64,000 bases of DNA, taken from assembly GCA_016928955.1 (NCBI GenBank), contig JAFGJV010000047.1, positions 1-64,000 of the forward strand. The letters run 5' to 3'. Source of the stretch: Spirochaetales bacterium (lineage in GTDB: Bacteria > Spirochaetota > Spirochaetia > Treponematales > UBA12059). The notes under the pieces were generated by a model that saw nothing but the letters and a program-made list of their open reading frames with translations, was not told where the DNA came from and made no database searches. Positions 18,452 to 27,824 of this stretch are shown in pieces (position 1 is the stretch's first letter; every line of letters starts with the position of its first letter). The position numbers and the translations under genes were made by a program.

Positions 18452-19822
18452 ATGACGGACTCCGGACGCCTGAGGAGCGACGCCAGGGCCATATTCAGGG
18501 CGGGCGTGGCAAGAGTCGATCCCAGGCCTATGGTTCGGGACGCCGTGTCGCTCGACGGGAACGCCCTGACCGTGGTCGCGGGCAACGGAAGCGAGACCTG
18601 GGATCTTTCGGAATTCAGCCGCATCCTGGTTCTGGGCTTTGGCAAGGCGGGCGCACGCATGGCGCAGGGAGCGGCCGACGCACTTGGCGACAGGCTGTCC
18701 GGCGGCCTGGTCGTGGTCAAACGGGGCTTTGCGGAAACCTGCCCGGGCTTGGACGTGCTTGAAGCCGGTCATCCGGTACCGGACGCGGACGGGGTTGCCG
18801 CCGCGCGCACACTCATGGCGGTGGCCAGGGCGGCCGACGAGAAAACCCTGGTGCTGGTCCTGGTGTCGGGGGGCGGCTCGGCTTTGCTGTGCGCGCCCTG
18901 GGAAGACGACGAGCGAGAGCTGACGCTGGAAGACAAAGCCGGCGTTACGTCCCTCCTCCTGGCGTCCGGGGCCGATATACGGGAAATCAACACGGTCAGG
19001 CGGCACTTGTCGGCCGTCAAGGGAGGCCGACTCGCGTCGCTGCTCCATCCGGCGTCTGTGGCCACCCTGATCCTGTCGGACGTGGTGGGCGACGAGTTGT
19101 CCAGCATAGCCAGCGGCCCCACTGTTCCCGACCTGAGCACCTGGGCCGACGCGCTGACCGTGGTCACGCGGTACGGCCTTGTGGACAAGTTGCCGGCCGC
19201 GGCACGCAGGCTGCTTGAGGACGGTGTGGCCGGGCTGGTACCCGACACGCCCAAGCCCGGAGACCCGGCTTTTTCCCGGGTGCGGACCTTGGTTATAGGC
19301 TCAAACAGGCTGGCAGCCCTGGCGGGAGCCGAGGAAGCGTCGCGCCTGGGTTACCAGACCCTCTACCTGGGTTCGCGGATTACCGGAGAGGCAAGGGAAA
19401 TAGCCCGGGTACATCTTGGGCTGGCCCTGGACATGGCCGCGAGCGGCGCGCCGCTAAAACCGCCGGCGTGCGTGATATCCGGCGGGGAGACCACCGTAAC
19501 CCTCCGGGGAACGGGCCGTGGGGGACGCAACCAAGAACAGGCGCTTGCCTTTGTCGCCGGGCTTTCGGAAACCAACCCTGAGCTGGCATCGCGCGTCTGC
19601 TACCTGTCCGCTGGCACGGACGGCAACGACGGGCCCACGGACGCGGCCGGCGGCTATGCCGACGCCATGGTCCTGCAGGCGGCGCAACGGGCGGGGCTGG
19701 ATCCGCGGGTGTTTTTAGAACACAACGATTCGTACCGCTTTCTGGATGCCCTGGGAGCCCTGGAGCGGACTGGTCCAACGGGTACCAATGTGTGCGACTT
19801 GCACATTGTGCTGGTTCGGTAA
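18452..19822 (+). CDS. Glycerate 2-kinase (MOFRL/GckA/TtuD family)
   Basis: GFGKA, EAGHPVPD, SGGGSAL, SAVKGG, IASGPT, GGETTV, GGRNQE, GTDGNDG, GPTGTNV. Confidence 0.93.
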   Translation: MTDSGRLRSDARAIFRAGVARVDPRPMVRDAVSLDGNALTVVAGNGSETWDLSEFSRILVLGFGKAGARMAQGAADALGDRLSGGLVVVKRGFAETCPGLDVLEAGHPVPDADGVAAARTLMAVARAADEKTLVLVLVSGGGSALLCAPWEDDERELTLEDKAGVTSLLLASGADIREINTVRRHLSAVKGGRLASLLHPASVATLILSDVVGDELSSIASGPTVPDLSTWADALTVVTRYGLVDKLPAAARRLLEDGVAGLVPDTPKPGDPAFSRVRTLVIGSNRLAALAGAEEASRLGYQTLYLGSRITGEAREIARVHLGLALDMAASGAPLKPPACVISGGETTVTLRGTGRGGRNQEQALAFVAGLSETNPELASRVCYLSAGTDGNDGPTDAAGGYADAMVLQAAQRAGLDPRVFLEHNDSYRFLDALGALERTGPTGTNVCDLHIVLVR

Positions 19823-19886
19823 AAAAAGCTCGACCTTTGATTGACATCCTGGAACGCCGGCTGGTAGGCTGGCTCCGGATGTAAAC

Positions 19887-20903
19887 ATGACCGAACAGAC
19901 AGACAAAGAACCAGGAGCGCCCCTTACCCGGGCCAGAAAACGGGCCGCGGGGAAGTACGCGCTTGCCCTGTTTGGGCTCGTTGCGCTGGCCCTCACCCTG
20001 AGTCCGTATCCTCCCCCCGACCCGTTGATACAAGCCCTGGTGCGCATGCAGGACGGCGACGGCCCGCTGTGGCTCGCCCGCCTGGTCGCCACGAGCCGAG
20101 GGACCATCATGTTTCTTGTCTACGGCCTCTTTGTGGTCGGGTTTGCCGTGTTTATGTATGTTGTCTGGTCCTCCGTATGCGCGCCCAAAAAAAAGGTCGA
20201 GAAAACCAGATTTTGGCGCAAATCCGAGAATCAGTTCGTGGGCGCGATGCTGTTCATCCTGTTGGCCAGCTTCATGTGGGGTACGGTCAAGCTGTTCTAT
20301 GAAAAAAACGAGGCGTACCGCGCGGAGATGGCATTCCAGGGAGGGAACACGGAGGCTGAGGAACTGTTTACCTCGGGTCCCCTGCCCGCCGCGGGCGGTG
20401 AGGCCTTGCTGGATAAGGTGCCGGTGGAGGAAACCGCTCGGCTGCTCGGGACCATGTTCAGGATACTGGCCGCCCTCTTTGCGACCGTGGTCGTGGCCGC
20501 TGTCCTTGTACGGTTTGTGCGCCGCATCAAGGTCAGGAAAGCGCCGGAGGCGGAGCCTTCGCCACCGCCGGACATGTCCGCCGCCCTGGCCAGGGTCAGG
20601 GAACGCCTCCATTCGACGGACGCCATACGGGACGCCATCATAGCCTGCTACGCCGACATGTGCGTACTCTTTGCCGCGCCGGACGGCCGTGATATGGCCA
20701 GCATGACGCCGCGTGAATTCGCGCTGCTTCTAAGCTCGCACGCGGCTCCCGCCGACGATGTGGCCGAACTCACCTCCATGTTTGAAAAAGCCCGGTACTC
20801 GCGCGAACCCTGCTTTGAGATCGATCGGCAACGGGCAGGGGCGGCTCTCCGATCTCTTGAAGCGTTCTGGGCCGAGCACGGCGGGAAGGCGCGCTCCGCA
20901 TGA
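19887..20903 (+). CDS. Membrane protein with C-terminal DUF4129 domain
   Basis: Several TMs, then IIACY..M, TPREF, LTSMFEKARYS. Confidence 0.8.
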   Translation: MTEQTDKEPGAPLTRARKRAAGKYALALFGLVALALTLSPYPPPDPLIQALVRMQDGDGPLWLARLVATSRGTIMFLVYGLFVVGFAVFMYVVWSSVCAPKKKVEKTRFWRKSENQFVGAMLFILLASFMWGTVKLFYEKNEAYRAEMAFQGGNTEAEELFTSGPLPAAGGEALLDKVPVEETARLLGTMFRILAALFATVVVAAVLVRFVRRIKVRKAPEAEPSPPPDMSAALARVRERLHSTDAIRDAIIACYADMCVLFAAPDGRDMASMTPREFALLLSSHAAPADDVAELTSMFEKARYSREPCFEIDRQRAGAALRSLEAFWAEHGGKARSA

Positions 20904-21382
20904 TTACCGGGATCTATGAAGTGGTGGCCTTCGTGGTGCGGGCCGCCTTTGCCCTGGCCCTGCTGTTCGTGGGCCTGGGGTCCGCGTGGGGCTTGGCAAG
21001 AAAACGTCCGGAAGCACCGGAACGGCGTAGGGCGGTCCCCGGCCGGACAGGTAGGGCCGCGCTTGCTTCCATGCTCAGGGGATGCGCCGCCAGCTCCGTG
21101 TATAGGAGCATGACCGCGGACCGGCTCAGGGTTCTTGCCAGGGACATCCTGTCCGTGGAGCGCGGCCTTCCGGAGGACGACACCTACGGGGTTCTCCGAG
21201 ATCCTGCGGAAAGCGGCCTGTACGGCAAGGACGGCATGCGGCTTCTGCTAGAAGACCACCTGATGGCAAACGCCAGGGAAAAACGTAAGGAGACGGCGGA
21301 CGAGCCCGATTTTTCGGAGCGCGTCGGCCGGTTGGTAGGCGCGATGGAAAACCGCCTCCATGGAAAGGACGTGGCTGAATGA
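20900..21382 (+). CDS. Hypothetical membrane-anchored protein of the MoxR operon
   Basis: ATGA overlaps on both sides; N-terminal TM. Confidence 0.7.
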   Translation: MITGIYEVVAFVVRAAFALALLFVGLGSAWGLARKRPEAPERRRAVPGRTGRAALASMLRGCAASSVYRSMTADRLRVLARDILSVERGLPEDDTYGVLRDPAESGLYGKDGMRLLLEDHLMANAREKRKETADEPDFSERVGRLVGAMENRLHGKDVAE

Positions 21383-22347
21383 ACGATGCGATGGGCGCCA
21401 AAGCGGCATCCGATATGTGTTCCTTGGTGCTGGACGAGCTGGAGAAGGCCGTTATAGGCAAGCGCTCCTTCCTGGAAAAACTGCTTGGGACGGCCATAGC
21501 TGGCGGCCATGTGCTGGTTGAGGACAATCCCGGCCTGGCCAAGACCCTGGCGGCAAAAAGCCTGGCCCGGGCGCTTGGCGGCACGTTCAAGCGCATCCAG
21601 TTCACGCCCGACCTGCTTCCTGCGGACATAACCGGCGCGTACGTATTGGACAAGAAGACGGACAACCTCAGGCTGATAGAAGGGCCGGTGTTTTCCAATT
21701 TCGTGCTGGCCGACGAAATAAACCGAGCGCCTCCAAAAACCCAGTCGGCCCTGCTAGAGGCCATGGAGGAGCATCAGGCTACCCTGGAGGGATCCACCCT
21801 GCCCCTGCCGCGCCCGTTCATGGTCGTTGCCACCCAGAACCCCATAGAATACGAGGGAACCTTCCCCCTGCCTGAAGCCCAGCTGGACCGGTTCATGGTG
21901 CGCCTCAGCATAGGCTATCCAACGGCCGACGAAGAACGCCAGATCCTGATGCGCAGGGCTGAACGGCGCGCGGACGAGCCTGAACTTAAGGCGGTATGCG
22001 GGCTGGACGGATTCGCCGCCCTGTCGGCGGCAGCGGAGGCCGTCCATGTGGAGGAGGACCTTGCCGCCTATGCCGTTGCCCTGGTACGGGCAACGCGGGA
22101 CGCGGCCAGGGTGGCCGTGGGGGCCAGCCCGCGCGCGTCCCTGGCCCTGCTCAAGCTGGCAAGGGCCAAAGCCGTGATGGACGGACGGATGTTTGCCTTG
22201 CCCGACGACATCAAATGGTGCGCGTTCGAGGCTCTGGCCCATCGCGTCACGCTCCGTCCTGACGCCTGGGCCGCGGACTCACGGTCCGACAGCGTTGTCA
22301 GGGCGGCCATAGCGTCCGTACCCGTTCCCAAGGCCGAGCTGGTATGA
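21379..22347 (+). CDS. moxR: MoxR family AAA+ ATPase
   Basis: PGLAKT, RIQFTPDLLPADITG, LADEINRAPPKTQSALLEAMEE, ATQNPIEYEGTFPLPEAQLDRF. Confidence 0.95.
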   Translation: MNDAMGAKAASDMCSLVLDELEKAVIGKRSFLEKLLGTAIAGGHVLVEDNPGLAKTLAAKSLARALGGTFKRIQFTPDLLPADITGAYVLDKKTDNLRLIEGPVFSNFVLADEINRAPPKTQSALLEAMEEHQATLEGSTLPLPRPFMVVATQNPIEYEGTFPLPEAQLDRFMVRLSIGYPTADEERQILMRRAERRADEPELKAVCGLDGFAALSAAAEAVHVEEDLAAYAVALVRATRDAARVAVGASPRASLALLKLARAKAVMDGRMFALPDDIKWCAFEALAHRVTLRPDAWAADSRSDSVVRAAIASVPVPKAELV

Positions 22348-23579
22348 ACCTGATTCGGGCGCTGTGCGCGTTGGCGGTCAGCGCTCTATGCGCCCTTGGA
22401 ATTTTTATCCAGGACGGCCGCCTGGTGGCCCTTGCCTTGCCGGCGGCGGCCTGGCTGATCCTGGGAGAGGCCGGCCGCCCCGAGCTGCCGGCACTCCGAG
22501 TCACGCGCGTCCTTGATCCGCCGCTGCCGGACGAGGGCCAGCCCTGTACCGTGACCGTCACCGCGGGCAATGAAGGCGGCCGCGTGGAACTTCTGACGCT
22601 CGTGGACCTGCTGCCAAAGGGCGTTGCCGTGGCGGAAGGAAGCCCTGTGTGGACCGGACACCTGGACGCGGGGGCGAGCGTCGCCTATTCCTACGTCATC
22701 ACCATCAAGAGGGGCGACTACCGCTTTACGGCTCTGCGCGCCAGTAGCCAAAGCCCGCTGTGGGGCTCGGAACGCTCGGCGGATTTTCCGTGCGAAACGC
22801 GCGTGTGGATAGCGCCGGCCATCATGGCTCCGCCCCAGATCAAGGCCGGGCCGGAAAGCGTGCGTCCCTTTTCCGGCGTGTCGGGCGCCAAACGTCCGGG
22901 GCAGGGCTCGGAGTTTTTCGGCACGCGGGAATACCAGGCGGGAGACCGTCTGCGGAGCATCAACTGGCGGGCTGGTGCCCTCTGGGGGCAGGACATCGTC
23001 AACGTGTACGAAGGCGAGAGGGCCATAGACGCGGGCATCATCCTGGATTGCCGGGCCGAGGCGTACCAGAGCCTGGACCAGTTTGACGACGCCTGCCGCG
23101 CCGCCCTGTCCTGCGCCGAGGGCTTCCTTGACGGCGGCAACCGCGTGGCCTTTCTCCGATACGGCGCGGAACTCCACTGGACCACGCCGGGAGCGGGCCG
23201 CGTGCAGAGGCTGAAGCTCCGGGCGTCGTGCGCGGCCGCTGAATTGGGCGACCACGCCGTGTTCGAGCGCTTTGACCACCTGCCCATCAACGTGTTCCCG
23301 CCGCGGTCCCTGGTTATTCTGGTCAGTCCGGGACTCCGTGACGACCTGCCGGCCTTGAGGAGCATGCGCGCCCTGGGCTATACGGTTGCCCTGATCGCCA
23401 TACTTCCGCGCCAAGACGGCCAGTCAAAGGACGACGCGCAGGGTGCGCTCGCGGGCCGCATAGAGGATCTTGAGCGCGAGGTGTTCATGACCAGGCTGGT
23501 GCGTTCGGGCATATCGACCCTGCCATGGAACCCGGATCGGCCTTTATCCCAGCTCAGGCAGTACGGCGGGTCCAGATGA
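22344..23579 (+). CDS. DUF58 (vWA-like) protein
   Basis: G.GSEFFGTREYQAGD.LRSINWRA motif; next to MoxR. Confidence 0.88.
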   Translation: MNLIRALCALAVSALCALGIFIQDGRLVALALPAAAWLILGEAGRPELPALRVTRVLDPPLPDEGQPCTVTVTAGNEGGRVELLTLVDLLPKGVAVAEGSPVWTGHLDAGASVAYSYVITIKRGDYRFTALRASSQSPLWGSERSADFPCETRVWIAPAIMAPPQIKAGPESVRPFSGVSGAKRPGQGSEFFGTREYQAGDRLRSINWRAGALWGQDIVNVYEGERAIDAGIILDCRAEAYQSLDQFDDACRAALSCAEGFLDGGNRVAFLRYGAELHWTTPGAGRVQRLKLRASCAAAELGDHAVFERFDHLPINVFPPRSLVILVSPGLRDDLPALRSMRALGYTVALIAILPRQDGQSKDDAQGALAGRIEDLEREVFMTRLVRSGISTLPWNPDRPLSQLRQYGGSR

Positions 23580-23857
23580 GCGGAATTCTGGTTCTGTGGT
23601 GCGTGGTCACGCTGGTGCCGGCGTTTCTAGCGTTTATACGCTATCGCCGCGTCCGAGCATCTATCGACGAGAGGGCGCGGCGCTCCTACATCGGACATGC
23701 TGTCCTATGGCTTGGCGCTTCGTCGACGCTTGTGGCCCTTGCGCTGTTCTCCGGGGGCTCACTGGCCTTGCCTTTGAGCTTTACGGCCGTTGTGGCCGGC
23801 CTGGCGGTTATCTGGATGATCAAGGTCCTGCCTGGCTCTGGCCAGGACGGGCGCTGA
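23576..23857 (+). CDS. Small integral membrane protein
   Basis: ATGA overlap with the DUF58 stop; three hydrophobic segments. Confidence 0.55.
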   Translation: MSGILVLWCVVTLVPAFLAFIRYRRVRASIDERARRSYIGHAVLWLGASSTLVALALFSGGSLALPLSFTAVVAGLAVIWMIKVLPGSGQDGR

Positions 23858-23899
23858 CGAACTCCCTTTGTGCGTCCCGTGAATTAGCGTTATGCTAAA

Positions 23900-24007
23900 G
23901 GGAGCCTCTAAAAACTGTGGTTTTTAGGGGGTTGCCTTAGAAACTCCCGCGTTTTCTGCCGAAAACGCGGGGAACCTCTGCTAACCATAGGGTTAGTAGA
24001 GGTTCCC
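23900..24007. repeat. Cluster of palindromes: family A copy (23900-23936), CCCGCGTTTTC/GAAAACGCGGG hairpin (23946-23971), family A copy (23970-24007)
   Basis: Inverted repeats read directly from the sequence. Confidence 0.85.
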
Positions 24008-24072
24008 TAAAGGCAGAACAGGTAACGACGCGGATCGGCGCCGGCCAGGGACAAACGGTATCGAGGTGCCTC

Positions 24073-26622
24073 ATGAAAGCTCAAAAAATTTGTCCGGGCG
24101 TAACGCTGGTGGACATACCCGACGCTGGTTTGTCGGTGCTCTGCGGCTGTCCGGAAAACGCGGTCAAGTTCCTCAGCCAAGCCGGGGCCATACGGTCGGT
24201 GGAGAGGGACGGCCGGAGCTTTGAGACCGGGCCCAACGCCATCCTCCTGTCCGAGTTGCCCGTGCAGAACGGGCGCTTCTGCAATCTGGCCGAATTCCCG
24301 GTACTGCAGATGCTGTACCGCCAAGGCATGATCGTTCCCAAGCACCCGAACAACACCGGCCGCCGCCCCATGATCATTGGCATGAAGGACCAGGTGGACG
24401 CCCAGGCCGACTACATCTACCACGGCAATTACGGCATTGTGGACCCGGCCGCCCTGTCGCCGGAGGATCCCGATCGCGGTCGGGCCATTGTGCGCATGAA
24501 ACTATGGTTCGCCTACGGCGCCTTCCGCAAGACGGACGAGCTTCTGGACCTCAGGGTGCTGGACCGGCCCATCATGTCCCTTGGCGGCGGCGTGCTCTTG
24601 CGCCGTGTCGACGTCAACCGGTACGAGTTCATACACGGAGGATCGTCCGTGGAGGTTGACCTGAACCTGCAAGCGGGCGAGACCTATGGCTGCCCCTACA
24701 CGCTGCCGTACAGGCCAGCCGAGCGCCACGATTTTTCCATCGTGCACCTGGGAGAGGGCGATGGCTGGGACGCGGCCAGGCCGTGCATGTCCAGCCTGGT
24801 GATCCACCGGGGGCAGGCCTACCTGGTCGACGCTGGGCCGAACATAGAGGAAAGCCTGGACGCCGTGGGCATAGGGGTGGGCGGGCTCAGGGGCATTTTT
24901 CATACGCATGTCCATGACGACCACTTTGTGGGGCTTACGGCCCTCATGCGGGCCGAGCGTCGCCTGCGCTATTACGCCACGCCGGAGGTCCGCCGCTCGG
25001 CACAGGCCAAACTGCGCGCCCTTGTAGGCATGGAGGAACGCGAATTCCCCCTGTTTTTCGAGCCGCGCGACCTGGCGCCCAACCAATGGAACGACGTAGA
25101 CGGCATGAGCGTCATGCCCGTGGATTCGGCCCACCCGCTGGAAACAACTTTTTTCCGCTTCAAGGCGCAATGGGGCAACGGGGCTGAAAAAAGCTTTGTC
25201 CATTGCGCGGACCTGTCGGCGTTTTCCGTCCTGGACGCCATGACCGTGGACAAGCCTGACGCGCCGGGAATAAGCCCCACGGCGGCCCAGGCCTTCAAAG
25301 CGGCCGTCCTTGAACCCGCCGATCTCAAAAAGGTAGACGTGGGCGGTGGAGCCATCCACGGCGACCCGTCAGATTTCAGGGATGATTCAAGCGGCGATAT
25401 CCTCCTGAGTCACGGGATATCCCAAGCGTCCGCCGAGCACGCACCTAAGGGGCGGGTGGCGGAATTCGGCGAGCAGACGGTGTTTTTCCCCGCCAGCCAG
25501 GACTGGCGCACGATAATGGCCCGGGCGGCCTTGAGGCTCTATTTCCCGCAGGCGTCGGAATCAGAAATCCAGCGTCTTGCCAACCATGAGTACGAGTTCC
25601 TGAAAGCCGACGATTGGCTGTGCAAGAAGGGCCAGGCCGTGTCTCATGTGTACCTGACGGTATCCGGCTACCTGAAACGCTGTGACACCCAGGGCCGCTG
25701 CAGGGGCAGGGTCAGGCCGGGAGCGCTGGTCAACGCGGCCGAGTGCGTGAGAGGCGCCGAGGCGGGCTCGTGCTTCCGCGCCTCCGGGGGGACCATAGCC
25801 CTGGCCATACCCGGGGGCGTTTTCAGGGACTTCATGGAAAAGAACGGATCCCTTGGTCGCACGCATGACGTGGAGGAAGCCTTTTCTTCCCTATCGTCGT
25901 GCCCGCATTTTGCGGACTTTGAATCCCTTCCGGCCCTGGCCGAGATGGCCGCGGCCGCCGAGCACTATCACGCTCCTGCCGGGGCAACGATTGAGCGGCC
26001 AGGCAGCTTTCTCCTGATTCGGAAGGGCCGCGTAGCGATATTCGGCGGCGGCGGGCTGGTGGACTTTTCCGGCCCCCACGACATCGTGTGCGAGAGCGAG
26101 GCCCTTGGGGAATCCGACCAGTTCCGCGTCCGCTCCTTCGAGGATGTGAGCGCGTGGGCCATACCCGCCTGGGTGGTGTCGGACAAACCATTTGTCCTGT
26201 GGAAGCTCCGAGAGCGCAAGGAGATGCGGGTGGCCGAGCTGGCTTTGGCCTTTGACTTTTCCTGGTGTGACGACTACAAGCTGGGCCACGCTGAGCTGGA
26301 CGATGCTCACCGGCGCATATTCGAAGCCTTTGGACAGGCGGGAACGCGGGCCGGCCACGGCGCCTTGGAGGCCATTCTGGCCTTGGTGGACGAGCATTTT
26401 GGCTACGAGGAAGGAATGATGCGCGATGCGTCCTATCCTGGGGCCGCGTCCCACCATGACAGCCACGAACGCATACGCAAAGAGATCCTGGACCGCCTGT
26501 CCGGCGACAGCCCCGTGCTGGATCAGAGTTTTGGACGTTTCCTGAAAGATTGTTTTATCAGGCACGCGTTGGTTGAGGACAGAACCCTCTTGGACTGGCT
26601 CGCAAAAAAACACGGCCGCTGA
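24073..26622 (+). CDS. Multidomain MBL-fold hydrolase / cyclic-nucleotide-binding / bacteriohemerythrin protein
   Basis: THVHDDH MBL motif; two degenerate cNMP-binding-like segments; C-terminal hemerythrin ligands H..HFGYEE..HHDSH..HALVED. Confidence 0.85.
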   Translation: MKAQKICPGVTLVDIPDAGLSVLCGCPENAVKFLSQAGAIRSVERDGRSFETGPNAILLSELPVQNGRFCNLAEFPVLQMLYRQGMIVPKHPNNTGRRPMIIGMKDQVDAQADYIYHGNYGIVDPAALSPEDPDRGRAIVRMKLWFAYGAFRKTDELLDLRVLDRPIMSLGGGVLLRRVDVNRYEFIHGGSSVEVDLNLQAGETYGCPYTLPYRPAERHDFSIVHLGEGDGWDAARPCMSSLVIHRGQAYLVDAGPNIEESLDAVGIGVGGLRGIFHTHVHDDHFVGLTALMRAERRLRYYATPEVRRSAQAKLRALVGMEEREFPLFFEPRDLAPNQWNDVDGMSVMPVDSAHPLETTFFRFKAQWGNGAEKSFVHCADLSAFSVLDAMTVDKPDAPGISPTAAQAFKAAVLEPADLKKVDVGGGAIHGDPSDFRDDSSGDILLSHGISQASAEHAPKGRVAEFGEQTVFFPASQDWRTIMARAALRLYFPQASESEIQRLANHEYEFLKADDWLCKKGQAVSHVYLTVSGYLKRCDTQGRCRGRVRPGALVNAAECVRGAEAGSCFRASGGTIALAIPGGVFRDFMEKNGSLGRTHDVEEAFSSLSSCPHFADFESLPALAEMAAAAEHYHAPAGATIERPGSFLLIRKGRVAIFGGGGLVDFSGPHDIVCESEALGESDQFRVRSFEDVSAWAIPAWVVSDKPFVLWKLRERKEMRVAELALAFDFSWCDDYKLGHAELDDAHRRIFEAFGQAGTRAGHGALEAILALVDEHFGYEEGMMRDASYPGAASHHDSHERIRKEILDRLSGDSPVLDQSFGRFLKDCFIRHALVEDRTLLDWLAKKHGR

Positions 26623-26640
26623 GCGCAGGCGCTTGTGGTA

Positions 26641-27753
26641 TCAGGCCAGGATCAGGCCGTCCACATCGTGGTCGTGCGCGCCCCTGGGCACCCAGGGGAC
26701 CAGCTGTTCCCGGTATCCGTAACCGAGCACGGTCAGGGTTTTCTGGGGAGCGCGACCCGCCCGTTCGTCCTTCAGCCCGCTTAGGAAGCGGTCGTAATAT
26801 CCCTTGCCACGGCCAAGGCGCCCCCCGTCCTGGTCAAAGGCCAGCCCGGGAGCCAGCACAAGGCACGCTGCCTGCGCTATGTGGGCAACTCCCAGCGGCT
26901 CGATGGAGTCCGGCGGAACGGGAATGTCCCAGGAGTCCTTGGGCCAGCCGCGCCACGAACGGTCGAGCGGCACGAATTCAATGATGTCACCCCGGATGCG
27001 AGGAGCGGCCAGCCGCTTGCCGTCGGCCAGCGCGCGGTCCAGGACAGGTCCGGTGTCTATCTCGGTGGGCATGGACAGGAAGGCCAGGACAAGCTCGGCG
27101 CCAGCGAACGACGGATGGGCGGCCAGCATGCTCGCGGCCTGCGCGCCTTTTGCCTGTCGTTCCTCCTGCTTCACGGACGCAAGCATGCGTTTCATGTGGC
27201 TCCGCAGTGATTTTTTACGCTCGTGTCGCTCGAGGGCTGCCAGGGCGTCGTGCTCGTTGATATCCGCCGCGTCCCAGGGGTAGCACACCCACTTGTCGTC
27301 TATGTCCAACCCGGCAAGGTACAGGGACAATTCCTTCGGCATGACGCCGCGTTTTTCCTTCAGCTTGTTGTGGATGACCGCAACGCCTATGGATTTTGGC
27401 CTGTGCGTGAGCAGTTCGCGCACGCAGTATTCAAGCGTTGCGCGCGAGTCGTCCACCTCGTCGACCAGGAGTATGCGCTTGCCGCGGAGCTGGTGTTCCG
27501 CCTCCTCTATCCACTGGACCTTGCGCGGGTTGGCCGTGGGCTGGTTGTCGCTGTCGTAGTAGGCCACGCCGACGGTCAGGATGGGCAAATCTATGAAGGT
27601 CCTGAGCATACGCGCGGGTATGAAGCCGCCCGATCCGATGGCCACGATGACGTCCGCCCGATAGCCCGACTCCCGTATCCGCCTGGCCAGGGATTTGACC
27701 GTGCGGTGTATGTCCTGGTAGGTAAAACGCTGTTTGTCCACGGGAGCGATCAT
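26641..27753 (-). CDS. Fusion: purine phosphoribosyltransferase (yeast Hpt1/Xpt1-like) + 5-formyltetrahydrofolate cyclo-ligase
   Basis: IVAIGSGGFIPARMLRTF, LLVDEVDDSRATL and WVCYPW, then KKSLR, PTEIDT, PGLAFD..GGRLGRGKGYYDRFL. The start may be the GTG four codons downstream. Confidence 0.88.
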   Translation of the reverse strand: MIAPVDKQRFTYQDIHRTVKSLARRIRESGYRADVIVAIGSGGFIPARMLRTFIDLPILTVGVAYYDSDNQPTANPRKVQWIEEAEHQLRGKRILLVDEVDDSRATLEYCVRELLTHRPKSIGVAVIHNKLKEKRGVMPKELSLYLAGLDIDDKWVCYPWDAADINEHDALAALERHERKKSLRSHMKRMLASVKQEERQAKGAQAASMLAAHPSFAGAELVLAFLSMPTEIDTGPVLDRALADGKRLAAPRIRGDIIEFVPLDRSWRGWPKDSWDIPVPPDSIEPLGVAHIAQAACLVLAPGLAFDQDGGRLGRGKGYYDRFLSGLKDERAGRAPQKTLTVLGYGYREQLVPWVPRGAHDHDVDGLILA

Positions 27754-27824
27754 AGTACCCCCGGCGGCGCCGGCGCAAGCTCGGACTTGCCCAAAACAGC
27801 CATCTGGCCTAGTATTATCGTCCT

